From an uncultured Gammaproteobacteria bacterium (GTDB lineage Bacteria > Pseudomonadota > Gammaproteobacteria > UBA6002), in the NCBI GenBank assembly GCA_963705725.1, contig CAVPKM010000017.1, positions 96,001 through 160,000 of the forward strand: a stretch of DNA of 64,000 nt, given 5' to 3'. The notes under the pieces were generated by a model. That model was not told where the DNA came from. It saw only the letters and a program-made list of their open reading frames with translations, and made no database searches. Every line of letters begins with the position of its first letter. The stretch's first letter is position 1. Below are positions 1-9,883 of this stretch, one piece after another. Position numbers and translations under genes: made by a program.

Positions 1-494
1 GCGATTTAATGAAATTAAGAACAGGAAGAGCACATCCCAGCTTGTTAGAGCATATTAAGGTTGCATACTATGGGACAGATACGCCATTAACCCAAGTTGC
101 CAACATTTCAATTGAAAATTCTCGTACACTGCTGGTTACCACTTGGGAAAAAGAGATGACAACGGCAGTAGAGAAGGCCATTCGCTCTTCTGACCTTGGA
201 CTCAACCCAATGAGCGCAGGGACGGTCATACGCGTTCCTCTTCCGCCACTGACAGAAGAAAGAAGAAGAGATTTAGCAAAAGTAATACGTGAGCAGGGTG
301 AAGAGGCAAAAGTGGCGATTAGGAATATTCGACGTGATGCTAATCAAATGCTGAAAGATCTATTAAAAGAAAAAGAAATCACAGAAGATGAATCACGTAA
401 AGGCGAAGCCAACATTCAAAAAATTACCGATAAATATATTGCCGAAATTGATAAGGTTATTGAGACAAAAGAATCTGATTTAATGGCATTGTAA
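1..494 (+). CDS. frr: Ribosome recycling factor (5' end outside window)
   Basis: [14 protein letters not shown] and IRNIRRDAN motifs; upstream of uppS. Confidence 0.97.
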   Translation, partial: DLMKLRTGRAHPSLLEHIKVAYYGTDTPLTQVANISIENSRTLLVTTWEKEMTTAVEKAIRSSDLGLNPMSAGTVIRVPLPPLTEERRRDLAKVIREQGEEAKVAIRNIRRDANQMLKDLLKEKEITEDESRKGEANIQKITDKYIAEIDKVIETKESDLMAL

Positions 495-500
495 ACTATA

Positions 501-525
501 CCTTGGTGAAATTTATTCACCAAGG
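501..525. terminator. Perfect 10-bp stem hairpin between frr and uppS
   Basis: ccttggtgaa-attta-ttcaccaagg; no clear U-tract. Confidence 0.45.
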
Positions 526-548
526 GTACCTTCAAATTACTCGTAAAG

Positions 549-1283
549 ATGAAAAAAATGAGAAAATTGCCCAAGCATGTTGCAATTGTGATGGATGGCA
601 ATGGCCGTTGGGCAAAGCAAAAATCCTTACCTCGTGTTGCAGGCCATGAAGCGGGTGCAGAATCAGTAAAAAGAATAGTCAAACTTTGTTCGGAAAAAAA
701 TATCGCTTATTTAACATTATTCGCATTTAGTAGTGAAAATTGGCAGAGACCATTAAAAGAAGTTGAGCATTTAATGGCCTTGTTCCTGCAAACATTACAA
801 CAAGAAACGGATACGTTACATAAAAATAATATTCGGTTGCTTGTTATCGGGGATAGAAGTCGCTTTGAACCAGATTTAAGAAATCAGATTGAATATACTG
901 AACAAGTGACAGCTCACAATAACAAATTAACCTTGATCATTGCCGCGAATTATAGTGGTCGTTGGGATATTACCAATGCGACCCGCCTAATTACGCAAGA
1001 TGTCATTGATAAAAAACTTTCTTTAGATCAAGTTAAATCAGATGTTTTTAATCGATACCTCTGTTTACATCAATTTCCTGAACCAGATTTATTTATCCGA
1101 ACAAGTGGTGAACAACGAATAAGTAATTTTTTATTATGGCAGTTTGCTTATACCGAACTTTATTTCAGCCAAGTCCTTTGGCCAGACTTTGAAGAAACAG
1201 CATTTGAAAAAGCACTTGACTTTTATTCTTCAAGAGAGCGACGTTTTGGATTAACCAGCGAGCAAGTACAAGAAGGAGAATAA
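549..1283 (+). CDS. uppS: Undecaprenyl diphosphate synthase
   Basis: HVAIVMDGNGRWA, FSSENWQRP, IRTSGEQRISNFLLWQ. Confidence 0.97.
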   Translation: MKKMRKLPKHVAIVMDGNGRWAKQKSLPRVAGHEAGAESVKRIVKLCSEKNIAYLTLFAFSSENWQRPLKEVEHLMALFLQTLQQETDTLHKNNIRLLVIGDRSRFEPDLRNQIEYTEQVTAHNNKLTLIIAANYSGRWDITNATRLITQDVIDKKLSLDQVKSDVFNRYLCLHQFPEPDLFIRTSGEQRISNFLLWQFAYTELYFSQVLWPDFEETAFEKALDFYSSRERRFGLTSEQVQEGE

Positions 1284-1284
1284 A

Positions 1285-2088
1285 ATGCTCAAATATCGAA
1301 TTCTAACAGCAGTGATGCTGATTCCTCTCGTGATTGGCGCGATTTTCTTTTTGCCACCTCTTTCTTTTTTTTCAGTTGCGATGTTACTTATTCTATTAGC
1401 TGGATGGGAATGGTCTCGTTTGATTGGAATGACACATTTCGCTAAGCGCTTAATTTATTTGATTATTCTTTCATTTTTATTAGTTTTTTTTGTTTTTATT
1501 CCGATTTATTATGTCATTGTGATGGGAATTATTTGGTGGTTGATTGCCATTAGTTTATTGCTTATCTATCCGCGAGCGAGCCGCTGCTTCACTGAAAATT
1601 TTCCTGTTAGGGCAGTAATTGGATTTTTGGTGTTAATTCCTTGTTGGATAGGGTTGATTATTTTACAAGGATTTAGTCCGGCATTATTACTGTATTGTTT
1701 AATACTGATTTGGGGTGCAGATTCTGCTGCTTATTTTGTGGGTAAGCGCCTAGGTAGACATAAACTGGCTCCTTCTATCAGTCCAGGAAAAACACGAGAA
1801 GGTCTGCTAGCAGGATGTCTTATCTCAATTGTGATTGCAGGAGTGGGCCTTTGGATACTCGATATTCCAGCCGGTAAAAAATTATTATTCTTTATCTTTT
1901 CCGTCATAGGGGGAGGGGGTATCACGGTGATTGGAGATCTTTTCGAAAGTATGGTTAAGCGACAATGTCAGGTAAAAGATAGTGGGACGATTTTACCTGG
2001 ACATGGGGGGCTTTTAGATAGAATTGATAGCCTGACCACTGCTATTCCTTTTTTTGCTTTATTTTTTCCCTTGCTTTTAGGCAGCTAA
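1285..2088 (+). CDS. cdsA: Phosphatidate cytidylyltransferase
   Basis: Hydrophobic; SPGKT and GDLFESMVKR..KDSG..LPGHGGLLDRIDS motifs. Confidence 0.97.
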   Translation: MLKYRILTAVMLIPLVIGAIFFLPPLSFFSVAMLLILLAGWEWSRLIGMTHFAKRLIYLIILSFLLVFFVFIPIYYVIVMGIIWWLIAISLLLIYPRASRCFTENFPVRAVIGFLVLIPCWIGLIILQGFSPALLLYCLILIWGADSAAYFVGKRLGRHKLAPSISPGKTREGLLAGCLISIVIAGVGLWILDIPAGKKLLFFIFSVIGGGGITVIGDLFESMVKRQCQVKDSGTILPGHGGLLDRIDSLTTAIPFFALFFPLLLGS

Positions 2089-2096
2089 GGATTGAA

Positions 2097-3278
2097 ATGA
2101 AACGAATTACCATTTTAGGTGCAACGGGATCAATCGGTAAAAGCACGTTGAAAGTCATTGCAGCCCATCCTTTAAAATTTGAAGTATTCGCCTTAACTGC
2201 AAAATCCAATGCTAAAGATTTATTTCAACAATGCTTAGCGTTTAATCCTTATTTTGCTGTGCTTATTGATTCAAATGAGGCAATTGGCATTCAGCAAAAG
2301 ATAAAAGCTGCGGGATTACGAACAGAGTTGTTAATCGGCGTGGAAAGTTTGGAAGTCGTTGCCTCACATCCAGAAGTTGATTACGTCATGGCGGCTATTG
2401 TTGGGGCGGCAGGCTTACTTCCTACCTTGGCAGCAGCAAAAGCAGGCAAGCGAATTTTATTAGCAAATAAAGAATCACTCGTCATGTCGGGGCAGCTGTT
2501 TATGGATACAGTTCGAAAACATCAGGCTACGCTATTGCCAGTAGACAGCGAACATAATGCAATATTTCAGTGTTTACCAATTGGCTATTTAACCGGGACC
2601 ACCCCTTCATGGGTTGAAAACCTCATCTTAACCGCTTCAGGCGGGCCTTTTAGAACATGGCCTATTAATGATTTTGAGAGAATAACCGTTGACCAAGCGA
2701 TTGCGCACCCGACCTGGAAAATGGGTCCCAAGATATCAGTTGATTGTGCGACTTTAATGAATAAAGCATTTGAAGTCATTGAAGCCTATTGGTTATTTAA
2801 TTTGGATAGCGAGCAAATTCAAGTCATGATTCATCCTGAGAGCTGTATTCATTCATTTGTTTGCTACCAAGATGGTTCTATTTTGGCACAACTCGGTTCA
2901 CCGGATATGCAAACGCCTATCTCCTATACACTTTCTTGGCCAACACGTTTATCAATGCCTACCAAGAAACTAAATTTACTTGACCTAGCTAAGCTAACTT
3001 TTGAGCCAGTTGATCCAGTGCGATTTCCAGGACTGAATCTTGCCTACCAGTCGCTTAAGGCGGGAGGAAGTACCAGCACCCTGCTTAATGCTGCCAATGA
3101 AGTGGCTGTTGCCGAATTTTTATCAAATAAAATTAAGTACACAGAGATTATTCCAATTATTAATGAGGTTCTAGACAAAATGCCGGTAGAACCCATTGAA
3201 ACAATTGAAGCTGTTTTAGATGTCGACCAGCGAGCAAGGCGGTTAGCAAAGCAGATAGGAAATAAGGTGGCTAACTAA
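2097..3278 (+). CDS. dxr: 1-deoxy-D-xylulose-5-phosphate reductoisomerase
   Basis: LGATGSIG, LANKESLV, PVDSEHNAIFQ, WKMGPKISVD. Confidence 0.97.
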   Translation: MKRITILGATGSIGKSTLKVIAAHPLKFEVFALTAKSNAKDLFQQCLAFNPYFAVLIDSNEAIGIQQKIKAAGLRTELLIGVESLEVVASHPEVDYVMAAIVGAAGLLPTLAAAKAGKRILLANKESLVMSGQLFMDTVRKHQATLLPVDSEHNAIFQCLPIGYLTGTTPSWVENLILTASGGPFRTWPINDFERITVDQAIAHPTWKMGPKISVDCATLMNKAFEVIEAYWLFNLDSEQIQVMIHPESCIHSFVCYQDGSILAQLGSPDMQTPISYTLSWPTRLSMPTKKLNLLDLAKLTFEPVDPVRFPGLNLAYQSLKAGGSTSTLLNAANEVAVAEFLSNKIKYTEIIPIINEVLDKMPVEPIETIEAVLDVDQRARRLAKQIGNKVAN

Positions 3279-3371
3279 CTATTTTAGTTGGTTTGATTGT
3301 GACTGAAGCTGTATACTACCGCCAACGTTCTACAATATCACCATCCCATGGCTTGTTATTTCTGCCTTCCA

Positions 3372-3437
3372 GGTCGTTCCACGGCTTGTCCGTGGGATTA
3401 GAACTCACAGGTATTCTCTGCGGACAACGGCGAGACC
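3372..3437. repeat. Degenerate REP-like palindromic element
   Basis: ccacgg-cttgt-ccgtgg hairpin followed by an inverted half gcggacaacggcgagac; related to 57444-57472. Confidence 0.55.
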
Positions 3438-3473
3438 TAGGGTGGTGAGATAGGGTGTGTATCGCTGATTCAA

Positions 3474-5771
3474 ATGGATAATAAAATGGATAATAAAATA
3501 AAAAAGATAATAATCTTGACCGGCTTGCTTGGGATGATGGGAGGATATTCAACTATCGCTTCGGCTTTTATTGTAAAAAAAATAACCGTTTTGGGATTGC
3601 AACGAATACCCGAAAGCACGGTTTTAAGTTACCTGCCTATCAAACAAGGTCAAGATCTGGATTCAACTTCCACCTCGACTATTATCCAAATACTTTACCG
3701 AACAGGCTTTTTCAATGATGTCAATGTCGGTCGTAATGGGGACGATCTGGTTATACAAGTAGTTGAAAGGCCTGTCATTGGTGCAATGCGAATATCTGGA
3801 AATAAAGAAATAAAAACGCCAGACTTAATGACAGCGCTTAAAAAAGCAGGAATTGCAGAAGGTCTACCCTTTGATAATTCTATTGTTGCTTCGATGAAAA
3901 AAGCGCTGGAAGAACAATATAATCAACAAGGGCGTTATGCTGCTGCAGTCAATATCGATGTGACAGAGCAAAGCCAAAATCGAGTCAGTGTTAAAATTGA
4001 TATCAAAGAAGGTAAAGTTTCAAAAATCAAAGAAATCCATATTAGTGGTAATAAAGCTTTTTCAGAAAGTAAACTTTTAAGGCAATTTCACTCTTCTAAA
4101 ACTCGTCCCTGGTCATTTTTTACCAGTAATGATCAATATGTAAAAGAAAAAGTAGATGCTGATTTAGATGCGCTAAAAGTATTTTATATGGATAGAGGGT
4201 ATCTAAAATTCAAAATTCTATCTTCTGATATCAAAATGTCTCCTGATAAGAAAAAAGTAATCGTTAATATAGTGGTTGAAGAAGGACCTATCTTTAAGAT
4301 AAGAGGTGTCCAGTTAACGGGAGAATTTTTTGATCAAAAACCTATACTTCAAAAAATTATTGCATTAGTTAAACCGGGCGCGATTTTTTCCAGAAAAGAT
4401 GTGGTAATGGTCAGGGAGTTACTGGATAGATATTTATCCAGTCAAGGATTTGCGTTGGCCCAGGTAGATTTGATTCCTGATGTGGATGAACAAAATCATA
4501 CCGTGCTCGTTACCTACAATATCAACCCAGGTAAGCGTGTTTATGTGCGACGTATTCAGTTCGCTGGCAACACAAAGACAACGGATGAAGTGCTACGGCG
4601 AGAACTTAGGCAAATAGAGGGAGGGATGTATTCTGCTCCCAATGTGGATGAAGGTAAGCGGCGTTTAGCAAATTTAGGTTATCTACAAAATGTACAAGTA
4701 CGAGCAATTCCCTTGCCAGATAATCCGGATGTAGTTGATCTTGAATATCAGGTCACAGAGGCTTCGTCAGCTTCTGTTAATTTTCAAGTAGGATATTCAG
4801 ATGCCTATGGCCTACTTTATGGTGCAAATTTAAATCAAACTAATTTTCTTGGTTCTGGAAGAAGGGTAAGCGCTAATCTTCAAGCGAATAAGGCTTCTAC
4901 AAACATTAGTTTATCTTATTATAATCCTTACTATACCATGAGTGGCATAGGAAGAGGGTTTACGCTTTATACTCAATATGCAAATCCAGGTAAGGTAGGG
5001 ATTACGCCTTTTAGAATGGATACCTATGGGGGAGCATTTAACTACGATATTCCTATCACAGAATATAGTCGTCTTAATTTTGCAATTGGCTATGACAATA
5101 TCCATCTTTTTATTAATCGAGGCGCCTCGTTGCAAACGCAGGACTTTGTTAGGCGATATGGCAACCGCTTTGATATTATTAAAGGCACGGTAGGGTGGAG
5201 TCGAAGTACTTACGATAATGCTATTTTTCCAATTTGCGGTTGGAAACAATTTTTAGGCGCAGAAGTGGGGATTCCCATTGCACACAATAGCTTGGATTAT
5301 TATAAACTTTCGTATTCAACTGCTTACTACCATCCGATTATTGGTAATTTTATTTTTCATGCGCGTGCTCAATTAGGTTATGGAAATGGCTATGCCAATA
5401 CCAGCCAGTTGCCATTTTTCAAAAACTTTTATGCAGGTGGTATTGATTCAGTGCGAGGCTATGATGACAACACATTAGGACCTCGTGATTCTAACTATGA
5501 ACCAATTGGTGGTAACATTTTAACCACAGGTACGGTTGCCTTAATTTTCCCTAACCCTTTCCCCGATCAGCTAAGAACATCAATATTTATTGACGCAGGA
5601 AACGTTTTTCATAATGATATAGCCCTTGGTGAAATAAGAACTGGTGCTGGCGTGCAATTCGAATGGATTTCGCCGATGGGTCCGATACATTTTAGTTTTA
5701 CTAGGGCGCTGAATGAACATAAATATGATGAAACTAAGATGTTCCAATTTTCTTTGGGTACGAGTTTTTAA
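3474..5771 (+). CDS. bamA: Outer membrane protein assembly factor BamA
   Basis: Signal peptide, POTRA-like region, FYAGGIDSVRGY, C-terminal FQFSLGTSF. Confidence 0.96.
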   Translation: MDNKMDNKIKKIIILTGLLGMMGGYSTIASAFIVKKITVLGLQRIPESTVLSYLPIKQGQDLDSTSTSTIIQILYRTGFFNDVNVGRNGDDLVIQVVERPVIGAMRISGNKEIKTPDLMTALKKAGIAEGLPFDNSIVASMKKALEEQYNQQGRYAAAVNIDVTEQSQNRVSVKIDIKEGKVSKIKEIHISGNKAFSESKLLRQFHSSKTRPWSFFTSNDQYVKEKVDADLDALKVFYMDRGYLKFKILSSDIKMSPDKKKVIVNIVVEEGPIFKIRGVQLTGEFFDQKPILQKIIALVKPGAIFSRKDVVMVRELLDRYLSSQGFALAQVDLIPDVDEQNHTVLVTYNINPGKRVYVRRIQFAGNTKTTDEVLRRELRQIEGGMYSAPNVDEGKRRLANLGYLQNVQVRAIPLPDNPDVVDLEYQVTEASSASVNFQVGYSDAYGLLYGANLNQTNFLGSGRRVSANLQANKASTNISLSYYNPYYTMSGIGRGFTLYTQYANPGKVGITPFRMDTYGGAFNYDIPITEYSRLNFAIGYDNIHLFINRGASLQTQDFVRRYGNRFDIIKGTVGWSRSTYDNAIFPICGWKQFLGAEVGIPIAHNSLDYYKLSYSTAYYHPIIGNFIFHARAQLGYGNGYANTSQLPFFKNFYAGGIDSVRGYDDNTLGPRDSNYEPIGGNILTTGTVALIFPNPFPDQLRTSIFIDAGNVFHNDIALGEIRTGAGVQFEWISPMGPIHFSFTRALNEHKYDETKMFQFSLGTSF

Positions 5772-5819
5772 TATCGAGTTTTAGTAGGAATGCTGAAACG
5801 TAATTACTTTTTATAGGAG

Positions 5820-6368
5820 ATGAGAATGAATAAAAAACTTTTTAATTGTTTAGCTGCCTTGGCTGTTTTTGGCGTATGCATCAGTGCAGAAGCTGGGCTG
5901 CAAACCACTACCAGCGCACCTGGAGTAGCGGCAGGAAAAATTGGCGTACTTGATATGCGACAAGTCATGAAAAGCTCTACTCAAATTGTGCAAATTAGAG
6001 AAAAATTGCAAAAAGAATTCAAGCCTAAACAAGAAAAATTGATGGCAGCGCAAAATACTCTCAAAAGTGATGCTGAGCGGTTACGTCGTGATAATGCCAT
6101 CATGAACAATAATGACCGTAAACAGTTAGAACAAAAAATTATCGCAGAGCAACAAGATTTACAGAAGATGCAAGCTGGTTTTCAACAAGAAGTGATGGTA
6201 GCTGAAAATACTGCGCTTAAGGGCTTTTTGGAAGAGGTGGAAGGAATTGTAAAAGGCATTGCCATTAAAAAACAAATCTCACTCGTGATCACTAAAGATC
6301 CTGTTGCCTACGTTCAACCTGATCTTGATATCACAAATGAAGTAATTCAAAAATTACCTCATAAATAA
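5820..6368 (+). CDS. skp: Skp/OmpH periplasmic chaperone
   Basis: Signal peptide, KIGVLDM, coiled-coil, DITNEVI; between bamA and lpxD. Confidence 0.92.
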   Translation: MRMNKKLFNCLAALAVFGVCISAEAGLQTTTSAPGVAAGKIGVLDMRQVMKSSTQIVQIREKLQKEFKPKQEKLMAAQNTLKSDAERLRRDNAIMNNNDRKQLEQKIIAEQQDLQKMQAGFQQEVMVAENTALKGFLEEVEGIVKGIAIKKQISLVITKDPVAYVQPDLDITNEVIQKLPHK

Positions 6369-6389
6369 TAGTCAGCGTGAATTCAAATT

Positions 6390-6421
6390 AAATAAGGAGA
6401 ACTTGCCTTCTCCTTATTTTA
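6390..6421 (+). terminator. Intrinsic terminator-like hairpin after skp
   Basis: aaataaggagaa-cttgcc-ttctccttattt followed by T-rich sequence. Confidence 0.65.
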
Positions 6422-6487
6422 CTTTGCTTTGCCGCCTTACTCACGATCCCTGCTAATCTTAGTGGGGAATGACCTTGGTATAGTTGT

Positions 6488-7549
6488 ATGACGCAATTAA
6501 ATTCTTTTTCTCTTGGCGAGATTGCTAAACTTATTGGCGCAAAGCTAGTAGGAAATCCCCATACCCTGATATCCGGTGTCGGTTCTTTAGAAAATGCAAA
6601 GTCAGGGCAAATAAGTTTTTTAGTAGGTACACGCTATCAATTGATTGCAAGCACTCGTTATCGAAAATTATTGCCGGAAACGCAGGCCTCAGCCGTCATT
6701 CTCAGCCCTTCGCATGAGTCATTATGTCCCGTTGATAAGTTAATTAGTCCTGAACCTTATCTAGCTTTTGCTAAGGTAGCAAAGTTATTTGTCAAACCTG
6801 CTACTAGTCTTCCTGGTATTCATCCCACTGCTATTGTTGGTGAAAATTGTCATCTTCATCCTTCTGTCAGTGTGGGCCCCTATTGCGTAATAGAAGACCA
6901 TTGTCAAATTGATGAGAATACGCATATTGCATCACATAGCGTAATTAAACGCGGCGTCAAGATTGGCAAGTATGGTGAAATCTCTTCTGGGGTTAAGATT
7001 TATGAGGAGGTGATAATTGGCGAGCGCGTGGTTATTCATGCAAATGCCGTCATTGGCAAAGAAGGTTTTGGTATCATCCGCGCAGAAAACGGTTGGCAAA
7101 AAATACCACATCTTGGAAAAGTGGAAATTGGTGATGATGTGGAAATTGGTGCTAATACCACGATTGACCGTGGTGTGTTGGAGAATACTCTCTTGAAAAA
7201 TGGGGTTAAACTGGATAATCAGATTCAAGTTGCTCACGGCGTAGTCATTGGTGAAAATACAGTAATAGCGGGTTGCACGGGAATTGGAGGAAGCACGAAG
7301 ATAGGAAAGAATTGCATGATAGGCGGAGCAGTTGGGATTGCCGATAATCTTGAAATTTGCGATAACGTCATTTTTACCGGAATGGCCCAGGTGGTGAAAT
7401 CCATTCGAACTCCAGGCATTTATTCCTCTGGTACCGGTATTAAGCCACAGAAAATTTGGCAAAAAAGCCTGGCACAATTATATGACTTAGAGAATTTTGT
7501 TAAAAAAATAAAAAAATCAATAAAATTGGAGAAGTTATCCGATGAATGA
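6488..7549 (+). CDS. lpxD: UDP-3-O-acylglucosamine N-acyltransferase
   Basis: Hexapeptide repeats, [22 protein letters not shown]. Confidence 0.96.
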   Translation: MTQLNSFSLGEIAKLIGAKLVGNPHTLISGVGSLENAKSGQISFLVGTRYQLIASTRYRKLLPETQASAVILSPSHESLCPVDKLISPEPYLAFAKVAKLFVKPATSLPGIHPTAIVGENCHLHPSVSVGPYCVIEDHCQIDENTHIASHSVIKRGVKIGKYGEISSGVKIYEEVIIGERVVIHANAVIGKEGFGIIRAENGWQKIPHLGKVEIGDDVEIGANTTIDRGVLENTLLKNGVKLDNQIQVAHGVVIGENTVIAGCTGIGGSTKIGKNCMIGGAVGIADNLEICDNVIFTGMAQVVKSIRTPGIYSSGTGIKPQKIWQKSLAQLYDLENFVKKIKKSIKLEKLSDE

Positions 7550-7985
7550 AATGGGAATTACTGAAATATTACATTATTTGCCACATCGCTACCCGTTTTT
7601 GCTTATTGATCGAGTTTTAGAATCTGATGAGAAAACCTTGGTTGCAATAAAAAATGTGACTATTAATGAACCTTTTTTTCTTGGTCATTTTCCTCAAAAA
7701 CCTGTTATGCCAGGTGTCATGCTGATTGAAGCATTGGCTCAAGCTTGTGGGCTGCTAATTTTTAAAATTGTACAAAGAAAACATGACAAAGATTTTTGGT
7801 TTTACTTAGCGGGTGTAGATAATGCGCGATTTAAACGGATAGTTGAACCGGGTGATCAATTGCGAATAGAAGTCGAATTGATCAAGGTTAAACGCGATAT
7901 CTGGAAATTTAAGGGAGTCATCAAGGTAGGGGACCAATTAGTCTGTTCAGCTGAAATAATTAATGCAAGAGGTACGTTAGCGTGA
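7542..7985 (+). CDS. fabZ: 3-hydroxyacyl-ACP dehydratase
   Basis: [28 protein letters not shown]. Confidence 0.97.
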   Translation: MNEMGITEILHYLPHRYPFLLIDRVLESDEKTLVAIKNVTINEPFFLGHFPQKPVMPGVMLIEALAQACGLLIFKIVQRKHDKDFWFYLAGVDNARFKRIVEPGDQLRIEVELIKVKRDIWKFKGVIKVGDQLVCSAEIINARGTLA

Positions 7986-8749
7986 TTGATGAGCGAGCAA
8001 TTATACATCCAACAGCAAAAATCGCTGAAAATGTTTCAATTGGTCCCTGGAGTGTTATTGGTCCCCAAGTTGAAATAGGCTCGGGCACCACCATTGGACC
8101 TCATGTTGTCATTAAAGGGCATACCATCATCGGAAAAAATAATAAAATTTATCAATTTGCTTCGATTGGGGAAGATCCACAGCATACTAATTACATGGGT
8201 GAAGAAACTACTTTAAGAATTGGCGATTCAAATATTATTAGAGAATTTTGTACCATCAATCGGGGAACTCTCCAAGGCGGAGGGGTTACTTCCATTGGAA
8301 ATCAAAATTTTTTAATGGCTTATGTTCATGTTGCCCATGACTGTAAAGTTGGTAATGACACTATTTTTGTTAATAATGCTTCGGTTGCAGGTCATGTTAC
8401 TGTGGAAGATTATGCTACTATCGGTGCTTTTGTAGGCATTCACCAGTTTTGCAATATTGGCCCTTACAGTTTTATCACAGCAGCGATGATCGGTAAGGAT
8501 GTCCCCCCTTACGTCATCGTCACAGGCAATGCAGCCTCGGTCTGTGGTTTAAATACTGTAGGTCTAAAGCGTCGTGGGTTTAGCACGGAAACGATCACTA
8601 TATTACGACGTGCTTACCATGTATTATTTCGCCAAGGCTTAAATATCAAACAAGCGGTAGAAGAATTAGAAAAAATGGTTGTTGATTGCCCGGAGGTACA
8701 ATTATTCATTGATGCAATTAATAATTCAAATCGCGGTTTAGTGCGTTAG
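7982..8749 (+). CDS. lpxA: Acyl-ACP--UDP-GlcNAc acyltransferase
   Basis: Hexapeptide repeats, [22 protein letters not shown]. Confidence 0.96.
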   Translation: MIDERAIIHPTAKIAENVSIGPWSVIGPQVEIGSGTTIGPHVVIKGHTIIGKNNKIYQFASIGEDPQHTNYMGEETTLRIGDSNIIREFCTINRGTLQGGGVTSIGNQNFLMAYVHVAHDCKVGNDTIFVNNASVAGHVTVEDYATIGAFVGIHQFCNIGPYSFITAAMIGKDVPPYVIVTGNAASVCGLNTVGLKRRGFSTETITILRRAYHVLFRQGLNIKQAVEELEKMVVDCPEVQLFIDAINNSNRGLVR

Positions 8750-8839
8750 ATCAGTATAGGCGTTGGAATTTGCATTCTGATCTTCTTGCGGATTATCAAA
8801 ATAAATACATAAAATATGGCGTGTATCTGAGAGGCGGGA

Positions 8840-9571
8840 TTAAAATTTGCCTGGTCCTTTTACAGGTTCATCAGGAGAATTTTCTTTTCGCTGCTCGATT
8901 AGTTCATCAAGCGCTTTAGTTCTTGAAAATAGGTCGACTGTCAAGCCTTTAGCAATTTTTTTTGCGACATCTATCAGTTCAGGATAAACTGACTCATTAA
9001 GTTTGGGTGGCGCAACCAGCTGAGTTTTTTGTTCATCAGAAACTTTGTTGCTAATCAATAAAATGGCTATTAGGTGAGGAATCTTCTTAGCATTAAGGAT
9101 GTCAGCATCTACCACAGCAGAAAGTTTTTGATAAATCCCAGTTAATTGGCGAGCTGAATCAATGCATTGATCAGATATAGTCACAGCTGGGTTCACTAAA
9201 AGTAGTGTAGTCGTCTCGATATTTGCAGAAGAAATAGCACGCTCCAGTGGCGTAGCTGTTTTTTGTAAAAAGTTTACAAATTCAGGAAAATCTCCCGGTT
9301 CTTGTCCCGGGTAAGTCCCGTCATCTGGACTAATTTTTTTACTCGTTAAAAATAAAGCAAGGGATTTCGCATTTCCCTGAGCTGCACAAAGGTTCATGGA
9401 TATGGAAAGAAAGTTAGTATATTCAATGCGTGTCGGATCATTCTCAATTAACTTCTCATATTTTTTTATTAATCTCTTAATTTCTTCAGTGTTATGATGA
9501 ATAATTGCCGTTTCCATTTTGCTTAAATCCGCATTCACTCGCTGTAGTGGGGGTTTTTCTTTTTTAAACAT
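8840..9571 (-). CDS. Hypothetical effector-like protein with degenerate ankyrin-like repeats
   Basis: TPLERAISSANIETTTLLL and CAAQGNAKSLALFL resemble ankyrin consensus; orphan between convergent lpxA and lpxB. Confidence 0.6.
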   Translation of the reverse strand: MFKKEKPPLQRVNADLSKMETAIIHHNTEEIKRLIKKYEKLIENDPTRIEYTNFLSISMNLCAAQGNAKSLALFLTSKKISPDDGTYPGQEPGDFPEFVNFLQKTATPLERAISSANIETTTLLLVNPAVTISDQCIDSARQLTGIYQKLSAVVDADILNAKKIPHLIAILLISNKVSDEQKTQLVAPPKLNESVYPELIDVAKKIAKGLTVDLFSRTKALDELIEQRKENSPDEPVKGPGKF

Positions 9572-9625
9572 TTCAACTTTCCGCCATTAAATTATTATTT
9601 TTTATTCAATTATAGCGCATCTTTG

Positions 9626-9854
9626 AGTCAAGGAGGCAAAAACAGTCAGATTTTCACCATCTCTCGAACAATATCCGGTAAGGATTGAGTTGCTGTTTGC
9701 TCTTGAAGTTTCTGGATAAGTTGGATGAATTTCTTGGTCATTTGCTCAACGTAATCTCTGTCAAGCAATAAGCGGCAGACCTCGTTGCGATACGATCAGG
9801 GTTGGCATGCTGTTGGATGAGTTCGGTGACAATACGTTCTCGTTCTTCAGCAAT
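9626..9854 (-). pseudogene. Displaced degenerate copy of the lpxB 3' end plus ~20 bp downstream (direct repeat of 11529-11752)
   Basis: Near-identical to 11529-11752 with a few SNPs, a 1-bp deletion and a 6-bp cgttct duplication. Confidence 0.95.
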
Positions 9855-9883
9855 TTTTTTCATCCTGATCCTTTTGCGGATTA

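Noticed and set aside
3474-3497. 12-bp tandem duplication atggataataaa at the bamA start
   Set aside because: Simple slippage giving two possible ATGs; no evidence of function.
6932-7477. 181-aa antisense ORF in lpxD, and other antisense ORFs within core genes
   Set aside because: Shadow frames of well-supported genes, with no recognisable motifs.
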